Assembly: GCF_001194135.2 (NCBI RefSeq)
Contig: NC_068982.1
Span: 93,275,424 to 93,339,423 of the forward strand
Origin: Octopus bimaculoides
Taxonomy: Eukaryota
Reading direction: 5' to 3'
Length of the DNA stretch: 64,000 nt
Notes under the pieces: generated by a model
What the model saw: the letters and a program-made list of their open reading frames with translations, nothing else
What the model was told of the DNA's origin: nothing
The model's database searches: none
Position numbers and translations under genes: made by a program
Shown here: one piece after another, positions 13,142 through 26,015 of the stretch
How positions within the stretch are numbered: position 1 is the first letter of the stretch
Layout of the letters: each line of letters starts with the position of its first letter

Positions 13142-13340
13142 AGAAAAAATAAGGTACTCAGAGATCTGGATGGTTGTACATTTACAGATTTTTATTATGT
13201 CTCACATGTTTTTATAAATCATATGAAGATTCTACTAGAATAGATGCAAGCGCTAATATGTGATTTATAAAAAACATGTGACATTAATAAAAATCTGTAA
13301 ATGTACAACCATCAAGATCTCTGAGTACCTTATTTTTTCT
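13142..13340. mobile_element. Fold-back MITE (~200 bp, ~83-bp imperfect TIRs) embedded in (TA)n
   Basis: 13142-13224 is the reverse complement of 13256-13340 with few mismatches; TA runs on the left and after the adjacent gap. Confidence 0.75.
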
Positions 13341-13858
13341 NNNNNNNNNNNNNNNNNNNNNNNNNNNNNNNNNNNNNNNNNNNNNNNNNNNNNNNNNNNN
13401 NNNNNNNNNNNNNNNNNNNNNNNNNNNNNNNNNNNNNNNNNNNNNNTATATATATATATATATATATGTAAGCGGGTGCGCACGCACACACACGCGCACA
13501 GATAAAGTGAGAAGGAAAGAAACATTACAAGTTATTAATTGAACACGATTGACAGAAACACTTTCCCCTCTGCTCATGCTTATAAATAGAAATATTCTCA
13601 TACACATGAAGAGAGGGAAAGAAAGGGAGAGGAAGGGAAAGAGAGAAACATTAAAAACGAGATCGACATTAAAACGTCTGATGTCAAATAAGTCAGTGTC
13701 TAATCAGCTGTGCCACATCTGACGAAAGGGTTAGAAAATTCTACACCTCTCATGTTGGTCTTGTCGCTGTTGTTTATCGACAGGTTAATTCCGAACGAGC
13801 TTATAACGTCTTATGGCAAAAGATATTCCAGCACTGATCATCATGCTTTTTTTTCTTT

Positions 13859-13895
<37 letters not shown>

Positions 13896-15016
13896 ACATA
13901 GTGTATCTAAGACAACATTATCCATTGATTTTATTATTAAAATGCGATTGTCTAATTCGAGAAAGATAACTGGCTGCTTTTTTAATAACAAGTCTAGCGG
14001 CCGCTTACAAGCGCCATTGTTGCTCCGTAGTGCATTTGGGAGTGCATCTGTGTGGCTTAACACTGATCTTCAAAAGTTAGGCTTCATGCACACGAAAGAG
14101 ACAGAAATCATTCGCAAACTACAATGATAATTAATATGGTAATGGAATTTTATATATGTAAAGCATTGCAAAAGTTCATTCTGTGAAGTAAGGACACACA
14201 CACACACACATACATTCACACACAGACACACGCGTTCACACAGACACATACGTGTATATACATAGGCTCACAGACATACACACATATGTACATACATACG
14301 CTTATCGTCCTGGTGTTATCAGATCGATGACTTTGAAACTATTACTTTTGGACATTGAACATTAAACGTTGTAGGTGTTTGTTGTTTAAGCCCTAAGTTA
14401 GTCTTGATTGAACGAATCTATGTTCAAAGGCATTGAAGCCAAGACCATTTTGCCTCCTTTTCAGTACAATACAGATCACAATATCCAATGGCAGTAGAGT
14501 GGTTTAGAGTGAATTAGCTTTTATGACTAGCATTTCCAACAGCCACGTAAAGGTTCCCTGTTGGTACATTCGACATTGTATGTATTGTTATACTGTACTG
14601 CAACTCCTGATTCAATAATTAAGAACAAAGCAGATCGATTGAATTAATTGAAAGCCACCATTAACACAACAGCGGCAGACTACGGTGAAACATTTAACAG
14701 ATGATAACTAAAGTGTGAAGTGAACAAAGATCTTTGAAGCAACTCACTGTAACTTATTAATAGATTATCGAAAATATACGCCAGTTGCTGACGAGAAATA
14801 CTTCAGGGGAAACTAATGTCGTATTGCAGCATGAAAGACCATATCATAAAAGTTATTTATATTTCTGCCTAGGATGAGTCATTCTGGACAGAAAGTTGTA
14901 CACTCATACACACACATGCCCACACAACGTACGCACACGCGCGCACACGTACGCACACGCGCACACACGCACGCACGAACACACACACATGTACACTCGT
15001 ACACTCATTTACACAC

Positions 15017-15064
<48 letters not shown>

Positions 15065-15896
15065 NNNNNNNNNNNNNNNNNNNNNNNNNNNNNNNNNNNN
15101 NNNNNNNNNNNNNNNNNNNNNNNNNNNNNNNNNNNNNNNNNNNNNNNNNNNNNNNNNNNNNNNNNNNNNNNNNNNNNNNNNNNNNNNNNNNNNNNNNNNN
15201 NNNNNNNNNNNNNNNNNNNNNNNNNNNNNNNNNNNNNNNNNNNNNNNNNNNNNNNNNNNNNNNNNNNNNNNNNNNNNNNNNNNNNNNNNNNNNNNNNNNN
15301 NNNNNNNNNNNNNNNNNNNNNNNNNNNNNNNNNNNNNNNNNNNNNNNNNNNNNNNNNNNNNNNNNNNNNNNNNNNNNNNNNNNNNNNNNNNNNNNNNNNN
15401 NNNNNNNNNNNNNNNNNNNNNNNNNNNNNNNNNNNNNNNNNNNNNNNNNNNNNNNNNNNNNNNNNNNNNNNNNNNNNNNNNNNNNNNNNNNNNNNNNNNN
15501 NNNNNNNNNNNNNNNNNNNNNNNNNNNNNNNNNNNNNNNNNNNNNNNNNNNNNNNNNNNNNNNNNNNNNNNNNNNNNNNNNNNNNNNNNNNNNNNNNNNN
15601 NNNNNNNNNNNNNNNNNNNNNNNNNNNNNNNNNNNNNNNNNNNNNNNNNNNNNNNNNNNNNNNNNNNNNNNNNNNNNNNNNNNNNNNNNNNNNNNNNNNN
15701 NNNNNNNNNNNNNNNNNNNNNNNNNNNNNNNNNNNNNNNNNNNNNNNNNNNNNNNNNNNNNNNNNNNNNNNNNNNNNNNNNNNNNNNNNNNNNNNNNNNN
15801 NNNNNNNNNNNNNNNNCAGATATGCACCTATACATACAGGTGGATGTCGGTATGCACATACCTGTACGTATATATGCATATACTCATTTACTATTT

Positions 15897-15943
<47 letters not shown>

Positions 15944-16291
15944 GTATATATCAAACAAATGAACTTTCTGAAATAATAATTTGTTTTCTGTTGTATTTTG
16001 TAACATGACTCTGGCTACAACATAATAACCCTATTCCATATTGGTCAGAATTATACACCATCGATAGAATTATACCGACATGGTAGTTTAACATAGCAGA
16101 CAACGGAGCCCCAGCATTCTATAGCCTTTTGTTACACGTCCATCTCCTCAGTAACTCTCTCTCTCTCTTTCTTTCTCTGTCTCTGTTTCACTCTCTGCCT
16201 GTTTGTCTCTCTCACTTTTTCTCTATCTCTCCCCCTCCTCCACCTCCTGCCTTACTCTCTTTCTATATATATTTATATACACTCACACACA

Positions 16292-16342
16292 CTAGCAATG
16301 CACCCCGGCGTTGCCCGAGTGTTATAACATACAGCCATATTG

Positions 16343-16373
<31 letters not shown>

Positions 16374-16745
16374 CTCAATTTTCAAGTTCAATTTTCGAGA
16401 TCAATGTACTCCGGCATTGCCCGGGTTTTGATAACAAAAACACCACGACCAACTGGTATTGCAGTACATGTCTCCGATAAGGAAAAATTAATTTGAAATT
16501 GTACCAGTCAGTGAACATGGTGTGCATCCCGACCAATGAAGGGACACGCACTGTGGGTGGACTCATGTGTATGTGACCTTAATTTACCCTCGTATAGATG
16601 CGCAGTGTTGTTGTCGTTTTTACTGAGGTTATCAGGTCAGACATTTGTTTTCCGTTGCATCACCTGCGTTATAGTACACGCTCAGCCACTGTGAAAAATA
16701 GGGAGATTGTAGCAAAATCCCGACGAACTTTGCTGCCTATGGAAT
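16292..16745 (-). mobile_element. Non-autonomous Helitron remnant(s) with two tandem 3' terminators
   Basis: Minus strand CTCGG-GCAACG-CCGGG-GTGCATTG-CTAG|T ending at 16292 (hairpin plus CTAG, followed by T); a second degenerate copy CCCGG-GCAATG-CCGGA-GTACATTGATC at ~16398-16425. The 5' boundary is approximate. Confidence 0.65.
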
Positions 16746-16767
16746 GAATAATAAGCATGAATATATA

Positions 16768-18049
16768 TTGGGTCATCCCATAAATAATGCGTTTTTTTTT
16801 TTCAATTGCATGAACTAAAAGTTAGAGTGGGTGGGATAAACTATCTGCATCAACTTGCTATAAAAGTAGGTAATAATTTTTCTTTATCGTTATTCTTAGA
16901 GCAAGTTTTGAAGAGTGCAGTTCGATTTTAACGGTTATTTTTTTCAAAGCTATAACGGAATTGACAAAGGAGCATATTTGGCATATTTTGCTTTATGAGT
17001 TCAATAAAGGCAACAACGAAACGGAAAGTGCGAGGAATATTAATGCAGTACATGATGGGGATTGGACAATAAGTGTCAACGGTGGTTCCAGAAATTCTGA
17101 GACGAAAACTACAACCTAGAAGACGAACCTCGTCCTGGAAAATCTGTAGAGCTCGACGAGGACGTCCTGCAAACTCTGGTGGAACAAAAATCCCATCGTA
17201 ACTGTTGAGGAGCTAGCAGAGAAGCTTAGATTTGGTCATTCAACCATTCATCGACACCTGCATGCCATCGGAAAAGTCAACAAAAGGGTTCCTCACAAAC
17301 TCTCCGAGTCTAATCGCGCGCAGGGAGTGAATGTATGGCTCTTCTTTACCGCCACATCTCACGAATGAACCTTTTTCGGGGGTGGGGGACCAAATAGTGA
17401 CTGGTGACGAGAAATGGGTTCTCTATAAAAATATTAAGCACCGAAGAAAGTGGGTAAGGGAAGGGGAAACACCAGCATCCCAGGCTAAAGAAGATCTTCA
17501 CCAACATAAGGTATTATTATCTGTTTAGTGAAATATGAAAGGTTTAATCCACTTTGAACTTTTAAACCTAAGCGAAACGATAACAAAAGAGATTTACTGC
17601 GAGCAGCTTGAGTGGTTTAAATCAGCGCTAGAAGAAAAACGACCATCTTTGGTTTCATGACGTAAGGTGTACTTCAATCAGGATAATGCTCGACCACATA
17701 CAGCGAGGATGACATTCCAAAGGCTGGAGCAGTTTGAAAGGGAAACAATGCTCCACCCACCATATTTTCCCCATTTGATTATCATTTATTCTGCAATCTT
17801 CCAAATCATTTGGACGAAAAAACTATATGAATTCTGTAGACGAGGTGAGAACAGTACTGGAGGAGTATTTTTCGTCACGGAATTTTGGAATTTTGGAAGA
17901 GGGGCTTTGCAAGTCTACCAGATAGATAGAAGAGCATTGTAGAAAATGAAGGAGAGCATATTTTAGATTAAAAAAGAATGTTGTTTATCTAAATTTTGAA
18001 AAACAAAAGAAGTATAAAAACGACCTGCATTATTTATGGGATGACCCAA
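16768..18049 (+). mobile_element. Full-length (1282 bp) defective mariner DNA transposon, family M2
   Basis: Perfect 23-bp TIR TTGGGTCATCCCATAAATAATGC with TA flanks (16766-67, 18050-51). Transposase fragments ELTKEHIWHILLYEFNKGN, QIVTGDEKWVLY, QDNARPHTA, LHPPYFPHL; multiple frameshifts and stops. Confidence 0.96.
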
Positions 18050-20559
18050 TACTAATAATGATAAGCAACTTTGCATAAATTGAGTTGAATAAAGAGAAAA
18101 ATGTTAAAGGCAAAACAGCTCATTGCTTCACGTCTTTATCACACTTGAATTTTCTATGCTTAATTCTTGGGGAAATTTTATTGAATTTAAAGCATGAGAA
18201 TGCTCGTTTGGCGTTCCTGAGTCGTTTGCTACCAAGAAAATCTACATGGACAAATTGTTTTCAGTAGTAATGCCAGAAGCGATCACAATTATGCTTGTTT
18301 GAGGAAAGAAACTGAGTACGAATTCTTCTTGGAATAGCCAACAAACGGTGAAACTCCTTTAGGAAATTCCTGCCTTATTTTTTTACACATTAACAACATA
18401 GAAAGATGCGTTTACGTTTATTTATTAAAGTGGCTTATATGTGCATATAATAAACCTTAATTATATACGTGCAGAGTAAGATTTATTTTGGACATTAGAA
18501 AGCTCTGTACACCCTAGTAACAGTCAGCTACCTCTTTCAATTCAGACTATCTTTATATTTCTTTGGAGCTTTTGCTTTTTTATAGGAATCAGAGTTATTA
18601 GTTACGATGGTAATTAGTTTTGGCAAGCTGTTTTTGACTGCGTCTACAAATTATCTCACCGTCCGTCTTTGCCCATACTTATATTCAAACATTAGCGCGC
18701 CCTTCACTCCACCGTCACATACCGACACCATTTCCTGACGCATCAACGCTCGGATGCTAATACTTCTACTCACGATTAACATAGAAATAAAATTCTCTAA
18801 TATTGTTAATGAATAGCTAATCTGTGTACTTCATGTTGTAATTTTCTTAGTTTCAGCTCACAATCTTAGATCAAATCACTTGCCAAACAAGTGCAATTTT
18901 TAGTATTAATTTCATTATTCTGAAAACGTCATCGGGATTCCAGTATATCGATATTTTCTCGAAAGTTTACCTTTAAAATAATACCAGGGGGAGAGAGTGG
19001 GTACAAGATCAACAAGGTATATATTAATGCCAATAAATATACACTCCCCTTTTCCTTTTATAGGGTGCTAAATATTTTTGTGCATTTCTCGGGTGTTTTT
19101 CGAGAATTATAAATTATTTCTGCACAAACACCCACCCAAATGCACACACACCTACATACACATATACATTTATACATACAAATATATATATGTATGTAGG
19201 ACTCAGAACTTCTAGTTAACAAATTACCCGTAAATTTTACACTAGTTCCATTGATTACTGCACTGAGTTATACTAATCTCTGTACATAATTAAGGCAAGT
19301 GAACCCAAATGTCGATAATTAAGTGTTTTGACACACAGATTAACCTTTCAGTTGATTGTCCACTAACTAATTCCCTTATTCATCTGTCTACAACTACACA
19401 TAGTAACCATTTAGTACTAGACGGGTTGAGTCTTCAGATATAAAAGTCTTTATCATTGATAAAGATTAACCATTGAGGACAGTATTCGAGCTGTCGACCT
19501 TTCGATCGGTAATTCAATACTCTTCCAATTCTGCCAATTAGAACTCTATATTCTTTGGTTCATATTTCATTGTCATGCAAGGCATCATTGCCATACATGC
19601 CAAATCTGGCAAGGCATCTTAGCCATTATTGCCAAATTCGGCAATCTGGAAAATACATGAAATGAATTTTGTATAAAACTTATTGAAATAGCTGAAAAAT
19701 GTAGCATGTAGAATATTTTTTCTTCATTATTTCATCTTCATTTTCTTTCTTATCCTTTTTTTTTTTCGTTTTGGTTAGAACTTTTTTGTGAAGGAAATGT
19801 ATCTCCAATTAGACAATCTGCTTTCGTTTGAATTTTCGTCACTATTTGCTGTGAAAATTAAGTAACTTGACTCGAGAAAGATTTATTTTGAGCCAAACAA
19901 CATATACATTGTAGACAACGCGTCTTCATTCGTACTGTAGCGTAAAAATCAGTAATGTGATATCGAAATTTAAAAATCTACAAACATGTGCATTCTTATA
20001 ACATCTTGACTAAAGAGTCAAGATGAGAAACTGCCAAGTGCTGGATTGGTCTCGACAAAAGTACTTTTAGGAGTTGAGTTAATTACTCCCTAAACTACAG
20101 ATATTCATAAAGCCAGTACTTTATTTTGATTTCAGGGGAAAAAACTAATCTTACCCTCGTGAATAATGCAGATTTTTTTTCTAGCAGATAATCACTGGCA
20201 AGAGTTTTGGTTAATGAAGTAAATTTTACTCAGCTACAGACAAATATGCAAGTCATTAATACATCGATAAAGAGCAGAACAATTACCTGGGCTGGAAGAA
20301 AAGATAGTGGATGTTTCTCTACTCATGGTTTCAGTAGCACCTCAACGCTCAAACTGTATTTGACACGTCAGACGCAAGTAACACGTTGGACACGTCAGAT
20401 GCAATGCAATTAGATTAGGATCAGCATGTTAAGCAGAGAAAATAACCCTTCAGGACAGCGCCCGAGTTTCCCCAGTTTCTTAAGACATGGAAAAATGCAT
20501 TGCTGTTAAAAGTGAATATTAGTTGAGGCGTTGTTCATACATGGAGCAAACATCCGTCG

Positions 20560-20920
20560 GACCAGATAAACAGTACAGCAACCAGGAATTAGCGGCGATA
20601 AATTTATCTGGTCATGGATCAACCAGTCACCTATTCTATGTGACACAAGAAAACTTAGCAGAAGGGAGAATAATATCGTATTCACTAAATATTTCTGTCT
20701 TGCTTCACTAAACGTTTCTGTCTTGTTTCAAGACTTTGATTACTCAGCCATTACACATACGGTGAGAGATAAGTTACATTTCATCGAGATGCCTACCTCT
20801 ATCATCGGAGCTGATTTAATTTATCAGTTTGGTATGTCAGTCGATTTAAAGCATCATCAGCTCAATTACTTCACGACCAGGCTTATTGTTCGAGTTGTTA
20901 CACCAATGTTTCTTACTGTT
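20560..20920 (+). mobile_element. Gypsy LTR-retrotransposon aspartic protease fragment (decayed)
   Basis: TSHLFYVTQ.. and FIEMPTSIIGADLIYQFGMSVDLKHHQLNYFTTRLIV resemble Gypsy retropepsin termini (LFYVTD...; PIIGADFL..F.L.VDL....L.D.TT.L); no catalytic DTG recognisable. Confidence 0.55.
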
Positions 20921-21901
20921 AGAATTGGAGGAAGGAGCAGTACCTGAGGCCTTCCTTCACAGTCCCTCAGAGGCCAGCGAAATTGATGCGGCCAACCTTA
21001 CTCTTTAACTATTGTAATTGGACAAATGCAAGAAAGAAACGAGTATACTCCCATAAGCTGGGGAAGTTCTTTCCTCCAGCAGTTGTTTGCCTCTCCATCG
21101 GTAAGGGCTTAATGGGGTTATCTTCTGATTCTGGTACTTTCGGTAGCAGTGAACCATTTTACGGGATGGGTAGGTGATCTATCACCAACCCTGATCGTTC
21201 TGCAAAACACACTTTGGATCGGTTTTATATTAATGTTTTTTTTTGTTTTTTTTTAAAGTAACTGTTACTTTATCAGATGCAGCACGGAATTTTGTCAGTG
21301 AACAGGTCGCAGTTTCAAGGTGACGAAAATATTTTTAAGAATTAAATTTAAATGTTGAAGTGAATCTAACGCGTGTTTTTAATCTAATGTGTTTTTAACC
21401 TAACGTGTGTTTTTAAATGGCTTATAAACACCATCCACGCTGCAATTGTTTAAAAATAAAAAAGTAATTATCAAAACAATTTGTTTTTGTTTTGTTTTTT
21501 TATTGTTTTATTTTTTTTTGTTTTTTGTTTTTTTGTCTTTGCTCAAGTCTTAAATCTTTATTATTTTGTCGGAGTTGAAAGCTTGATATTTTCAGACGAT
21601 CCAAGTGATGTGAGCTCGATCTGGTTGATTCTCGTATTGCACATTTGTAGTTTGGCTACTTGGTTTTCCTAGATAATGACGTTTTTCACTCAGTATGTTC
21701 TAAAGCTGTTAATTTCCCCTCAAAAGTCTAGCGTACATTTTTGTAAATTTCTTATAAGATATAATTGGTGTGCTGCGAATTTATTATTCGTTATACACTT
21801 TATGATTTTATTTAAATATCTTATTCTGTGATATAGACTATTGGTATTTTCTTCTTGTTTTGTTATCAACCTTGGTTGCTTGATTTGAGGTATTTCAAAT
21901 G

Positions 21902-22122
21902 TGGTGAGCTGGCAGAAACGTTAACACGCCGGTCGAAATGCTTAGCAGTATTTCGTCTGCCGTTACGTTCTGAGTTCAAATTTCGCCGAGGTCGACTTTG
22001 CCTTTCATCCTTTCGCGGTCGATGAATTAAGTAGCAGTTACGTACTGGGGTCGATGTAATCGACTTAATCACTTTGTCCGTCCTTGTTTGTCCCCTTGTG
22101 GGCAATAAAGAAATAAGAAACA
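21902..22122 (+). mobile_element. tRNA-derived SINE family A, full length
   Basis: gagctggcagaaacgttaacacgccgg...ttctgagttcaaatttcgccgaggtcgactttgcctttcatcctttcgcggtcgat...; A- and B-box-like motifs and an A-rich tail. Confidence 0.88.
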
Positions 22123-22715
22123 TTAGCATGCCAGGCAAAATACTTAGCCGTATTGGATCTTTTTTAAAACGGGGGCCACATTTTTCATTAACGAAACACT
22201 TTGAAACTTGGAACACTGGTAGAATGTGTCATATAAAACATCTTTTTCTCTTAGTCTTCTTAAAAAAAAAAAAGAAATCCCTAAGTTATTCCATGTTAAA
22301 GTTGTCGTNNNNNNNNNNNNNNNNNNNNNNNNNNNNNNNNNNNNNNNNNNNNNNNNNNNNNNNNNNNNNNNNNNNNNNNNNNNNNNNNNNNNNNNNNNNN
22401 NNNNNNNNNNNNNNNNNNNNNNNNNNNNNNNNNNNNNNNNNNNNNNNNNNNNNNNNNNNNNNNNNNNNNNNNNNNNNNNNNNNNNNNNNNNNNNNNNNNN
22501 NNNNNNNNNNNNNNNNNNNNNNNNNNNNNNNNNNNNNNNNNNNNNNNNNNNNNNNNNNNNNNNNNNNNNNNNNNNNNNNNNNNNNNNNNNNNNNNNNNNN
22601 NNNNNNNNNNNNNNNNNNNNNNNNNNNNNNNNNNNNNNNNNNNNNNNNNNNNNNNNNNNNNNNNNNNNNNNNNNNNNNNNNNNNNNNNNNNNNNNNNNNN
22701 NNNNNNNNNNNNNNG

Positions 22716-23058
22716 TGTCATTATGTTCTGAGTTCAAATTCTGCCGGGATCGATTTTGCCTTTCATTCTTTCGGGGTCGATAAATTAAGTACCAGTTGCG
22801 TCCTGGACTCGATCTAATCGACTGGCTCACTCCCCTAAAATTTCGGGCCTTGTGCCTAGAGTAGAAATGATTATTATTTTAAGGCGGCAAGCTGGCAGAA
22901 ACGTTAGCGCGCCAGGTGAAAAATGCTTATCGGTATTTCGTCAGTCTTTCATCCTTTCGGGGTCGATAAATTAAGTACCAGTTGCGTACTGGGGTCGATC
23001 TAATCGACTGGCCCCCTCCCCCAAAATTTTGGGCCTTGTGCCTCGAGTAGAACAGAAT
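22716..23058 (+). mobile_element. Two head-to-tail SINE family A copies (22716-22878, 5' part lost in gap; 22883-23058, internally deleted)
   Basis: Both end in ...gggccttgtgcct(a/c)gagtagaa; the second copy lacks the gttctgagttcaaa B-box segment. Confidence 0.88.
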
Positions 23059-23140
23059 TTGAGGTATTTCATTAACAAGGACATTGAATATTTCTATTAA
23101 TACAAATACTGATCGTCCACCACATACTCTTATATTTTCG

Positions 23141-23199
23141 TATGCTCTCTAGTGATATCATATGCTCTCTAGTGATATCATATGCTCTCTAGTGATATC
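23141..23199. repeat. Triplicated 20-mer TATGCTCTCTAGTGATATCA
   Basis: Three consecutive copies; the third ends in G instead of A at 23200. Confidence 0.95.
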
Positions 23200-23899
23200 G
23201 CCAGTAACTCTTAACACAAGAAAGGTTGTTCTTTTTTCTCCTAATCTCGTAAAAAATTATCTTTTATTTAATAAATTTCTATCTTTTATTTTTCTTTGTT
23301 TCGGTGATAAAACTGCGGCCATACTGGGATACCGGTGAAGGTTTGTTTACATGTATAACACTTTCTTATGACAGGATTTGATTGATTTTGGACATCTTCA
23401 GAAAATCAGCTTACATCAAGCAGTTAAATAACAATTGCTTTCTGTGACAACTATTTTCCGAGCAAAGACAGACGCATGTTGTTGAAGTCGTTTGGCCTTG
23501 AAGCGATTTAAATTCGGTTAACCTTCATCTAGATATTTTTCCCTCGCTTTATTTTGTACTTATAGTATTTGATTTAATTGTAAGAAGAAGAAAACTACTA
23601 ACATCGGGTTAGATAGCTTAACATTTGGTAATTGTTATGATAGTACTACCAAATTTTGATTGTATTGGTGTAGGTCACGTTGTCATCATCATAATTGCGA
23701 AACCACGCGTGCTGAAAAGTAAATTCTGTAATTCAGTCAGAATAAAGCAAAGTCGATAAATAGGTGTTTGTCTTATTTTAACTAAAATATGAGTTGAGTT
23801 AAAAATTTGTGGAGCAGACTGGTTTTTCAAAAGCCGGGGGTCTGAGGAAATAAATTTAAACAAAATGAATCTTGGTAGTGCAGAACATGTGAAATATTA

Positions 23900-24765
23900 G
23901 TGTAGGTGATCAATAAGTATCCGGACTGTTGCCAAAGTAACGAAATTGACGCACAGATTGACCTTAAACTCTGCCGTGCACTAAGTTTTAACGTTCTAGC
24001 TCATTGCCGCTGTTTACAACAGCGCTTGGAAGGAACGTGTGTAGCGTGTGATCATCATTTTGACCATGACAGAGAAAGTTGATTAGAGAATCTGCAACAA
24101 ATTTTGCCAAAAGCTTGGCGATACATCCTCAGAGGCCAACGCAAAGTTTTCAAAATGTTTTCATCGTTCTTGACACAATCAAGGAGATCTTGTGCAACAG
24201 AAGCTCTAGTGAATTTTGGTCAGCTAAAAGCAGTTTTGGCACAAACTTGGCAGACACGCGTCTCATATCCAAATGTTCAGTGATAATGGACTGAAGTGAA
24301 CCGTAACTAATCTGCACATCCTTTGATAACTCACGGATGGTGATTCGACGACTTTCCCTCACAGCTTCATGCACAGCTGCAATGTTTTTCTCAGCTCTGC
24401 TGGTTGTGGGTCTCCCAGAATATTCATCAATATCAACATTTTTTTAGCCATCTTGGAAACGTCTGAACCACTCGTACACTTGTGTATGGCTCATACACGC
24501 CTCTCCATACACTTTCTGCAACTTTGCGTAGGCCTCTGGGCAGGTATCGCCATGACAACTTTCTCTGTCATGGTCAATGTGACGATCACATACTACACAC
24601 GTTCCTCCCAAGCACTGCTGTAAACAGCGGAAGTAAGCTAGAACGTTAAAACTTTATGCGCATGCATAACAGAGTTCAAGGTCAATCTTTGCCAAGCGGC
24701 TTTACTCTGCGTTGTTTAACTTCGTTACTATGGCAACAGTCTGGATACTTATTGATCAAACTGCG
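23900..24765. mobile_element. Mariner-derived element (866 bp, family M3) built from two inverted 5' ends
   Basis: TA flanks (23898-99, 24766-67); TIR core GATCAATAAGTATCC(G/A)GACTGTTGCCA at both ends. Both arms carry the transposase start ATGACAGAGAAA(A)GTTG. The minus-strand arm continues to MHEAVRESRRITIRELSKDVQISYGSLQSIITEHLDMRRVSAKFVPKLL. Confidence 0.9.
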
Positions 24766-24804
24766 TATATATACGCGCGTGCGCGCGCGCGTGTGTGTAT
24801 GTGT

Positions 24805-24972
24805 GTATTTATGTCCCCGTAAGTTATCGGTTCAGCAAAAAGACATAAAATAAATACCGGATTTGTGTTTTTTTTTTAGATCAGTATCGGGTTCGATTTG
24901 TCTGACTAAACTCTTCAATTCGGTGCCCCAGCATGGCCGCAATTCAGTGACTGAAGCAAGTAAAAGATAAAA
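24805..24972 (+). mobile_element. 3' part of SINE family C
   Basis: atgtccccgtaagttatcggttcagcaaaaagac...ggtgccccagcatggccgca...gactgaagcaagtaaaagataaa; reverse-complement match to the 54505-54815 flanks. Confidence 0.7.
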
Positions 24973-25625
24973 TCTATAAATCATATATAACCAATGAGAA
25001 ATTGAGCACTTACAAGGAAACTCATTCTTGTCATATCGTAAAAACTACTGCTTTTCTCTTTACAGTAAACAAAATTTACAACGTTATAAATTTCGCTAAA
25101 ACACTGACTACATTTTGATAGCTATAGTTAAATGAAAACGGAGATCAGCGCTAAAAAAATTTTCCATCATAATACACCAAACATTTTATCGTAATAGTTA
25201 AGTATGTGTAATTTGATAGGAGAACTTTCGAATGGTTTAAGATATTGGTGTCATAAATTTTCATCAAGGTTATCACACTTGAGTATTCATCAAAGGGAAT
25301 TTATCAAATTAATTATAAATAACACAGCACAAAAGATGTTCAATATATAATACTGTCCGAGCTTGAAATATTGAACATAACTCATAGTCTCCATCATTCC
25401 CCGGAGAATATTGCTGTTAATTCATCAATATTTCTTATACTTTCCATTAAAGGCGATGAATGGTAGACACGGTGGGGAGTTGAACTAAGCACTTTGTGGT
25501 ATTTAGTTCAAATCTTGCTAAACTCGATTTATTTTTCATTCTTCCAAAAATCTATAAAATATGTACAAGTCAAGAACTTGTGTCCATTCAAGTGATTATA
25601 CCATTTCCCAAAAGGTGACACACTA

Positions 25626-26015
25626 TTGTTGTTGTTGGCACTCCGTCGCTTACAACATCGAGGGTTCCAGTTGATCCGATCAACGGAACAGCCTGCTCGT
25701 GAAATCAACGTGCAAGTGGCTGAGCACTCCACAGACACATGCACCTTTAACGTAGTTCTCGGGGATATTCAGCGTGACACAGTGTGACAAGGCTGACCCT
25801 TTGAATTACAGGCACAACAGAAACAGGAAGTAAGAGTGAGAGAAAGTTGTGGTGAAAGAGTACAGCAGGGTTCGCCACCATCCCCTGCCGGAGCCTCGTG
25901 GAGCTTTTAGGTGTTTTCGCTCAAGAAACACTCACAACGCCCGGTCTGGGAATCGAAACCGAGATCCTATGACCGCGAGCCCGCTGCCCTAACCACTGGG
26001 CCATTGCGCCTCCAC
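25626..26015 (-). mobile_element. tRNA-derived SINE family B, full length (~390 bp)
   Basis: Minus strand GTGGAGGCGCAATGGCCCAGTGGTTAGG (A box) ... GGTTTCGATTCCC (B box) ... (CAA)n tail; near-identical to 53623-54008. Confidence 0.92.

Noticed and set aside
25940-26015. tRNA-like sequence (also 53935-54008)
   Set aside because: These are SINE heads with A/B boxes continuing into a 390-bp repeat body; no proper cloverleaf or acceptor stem, so not called tRNA genes.
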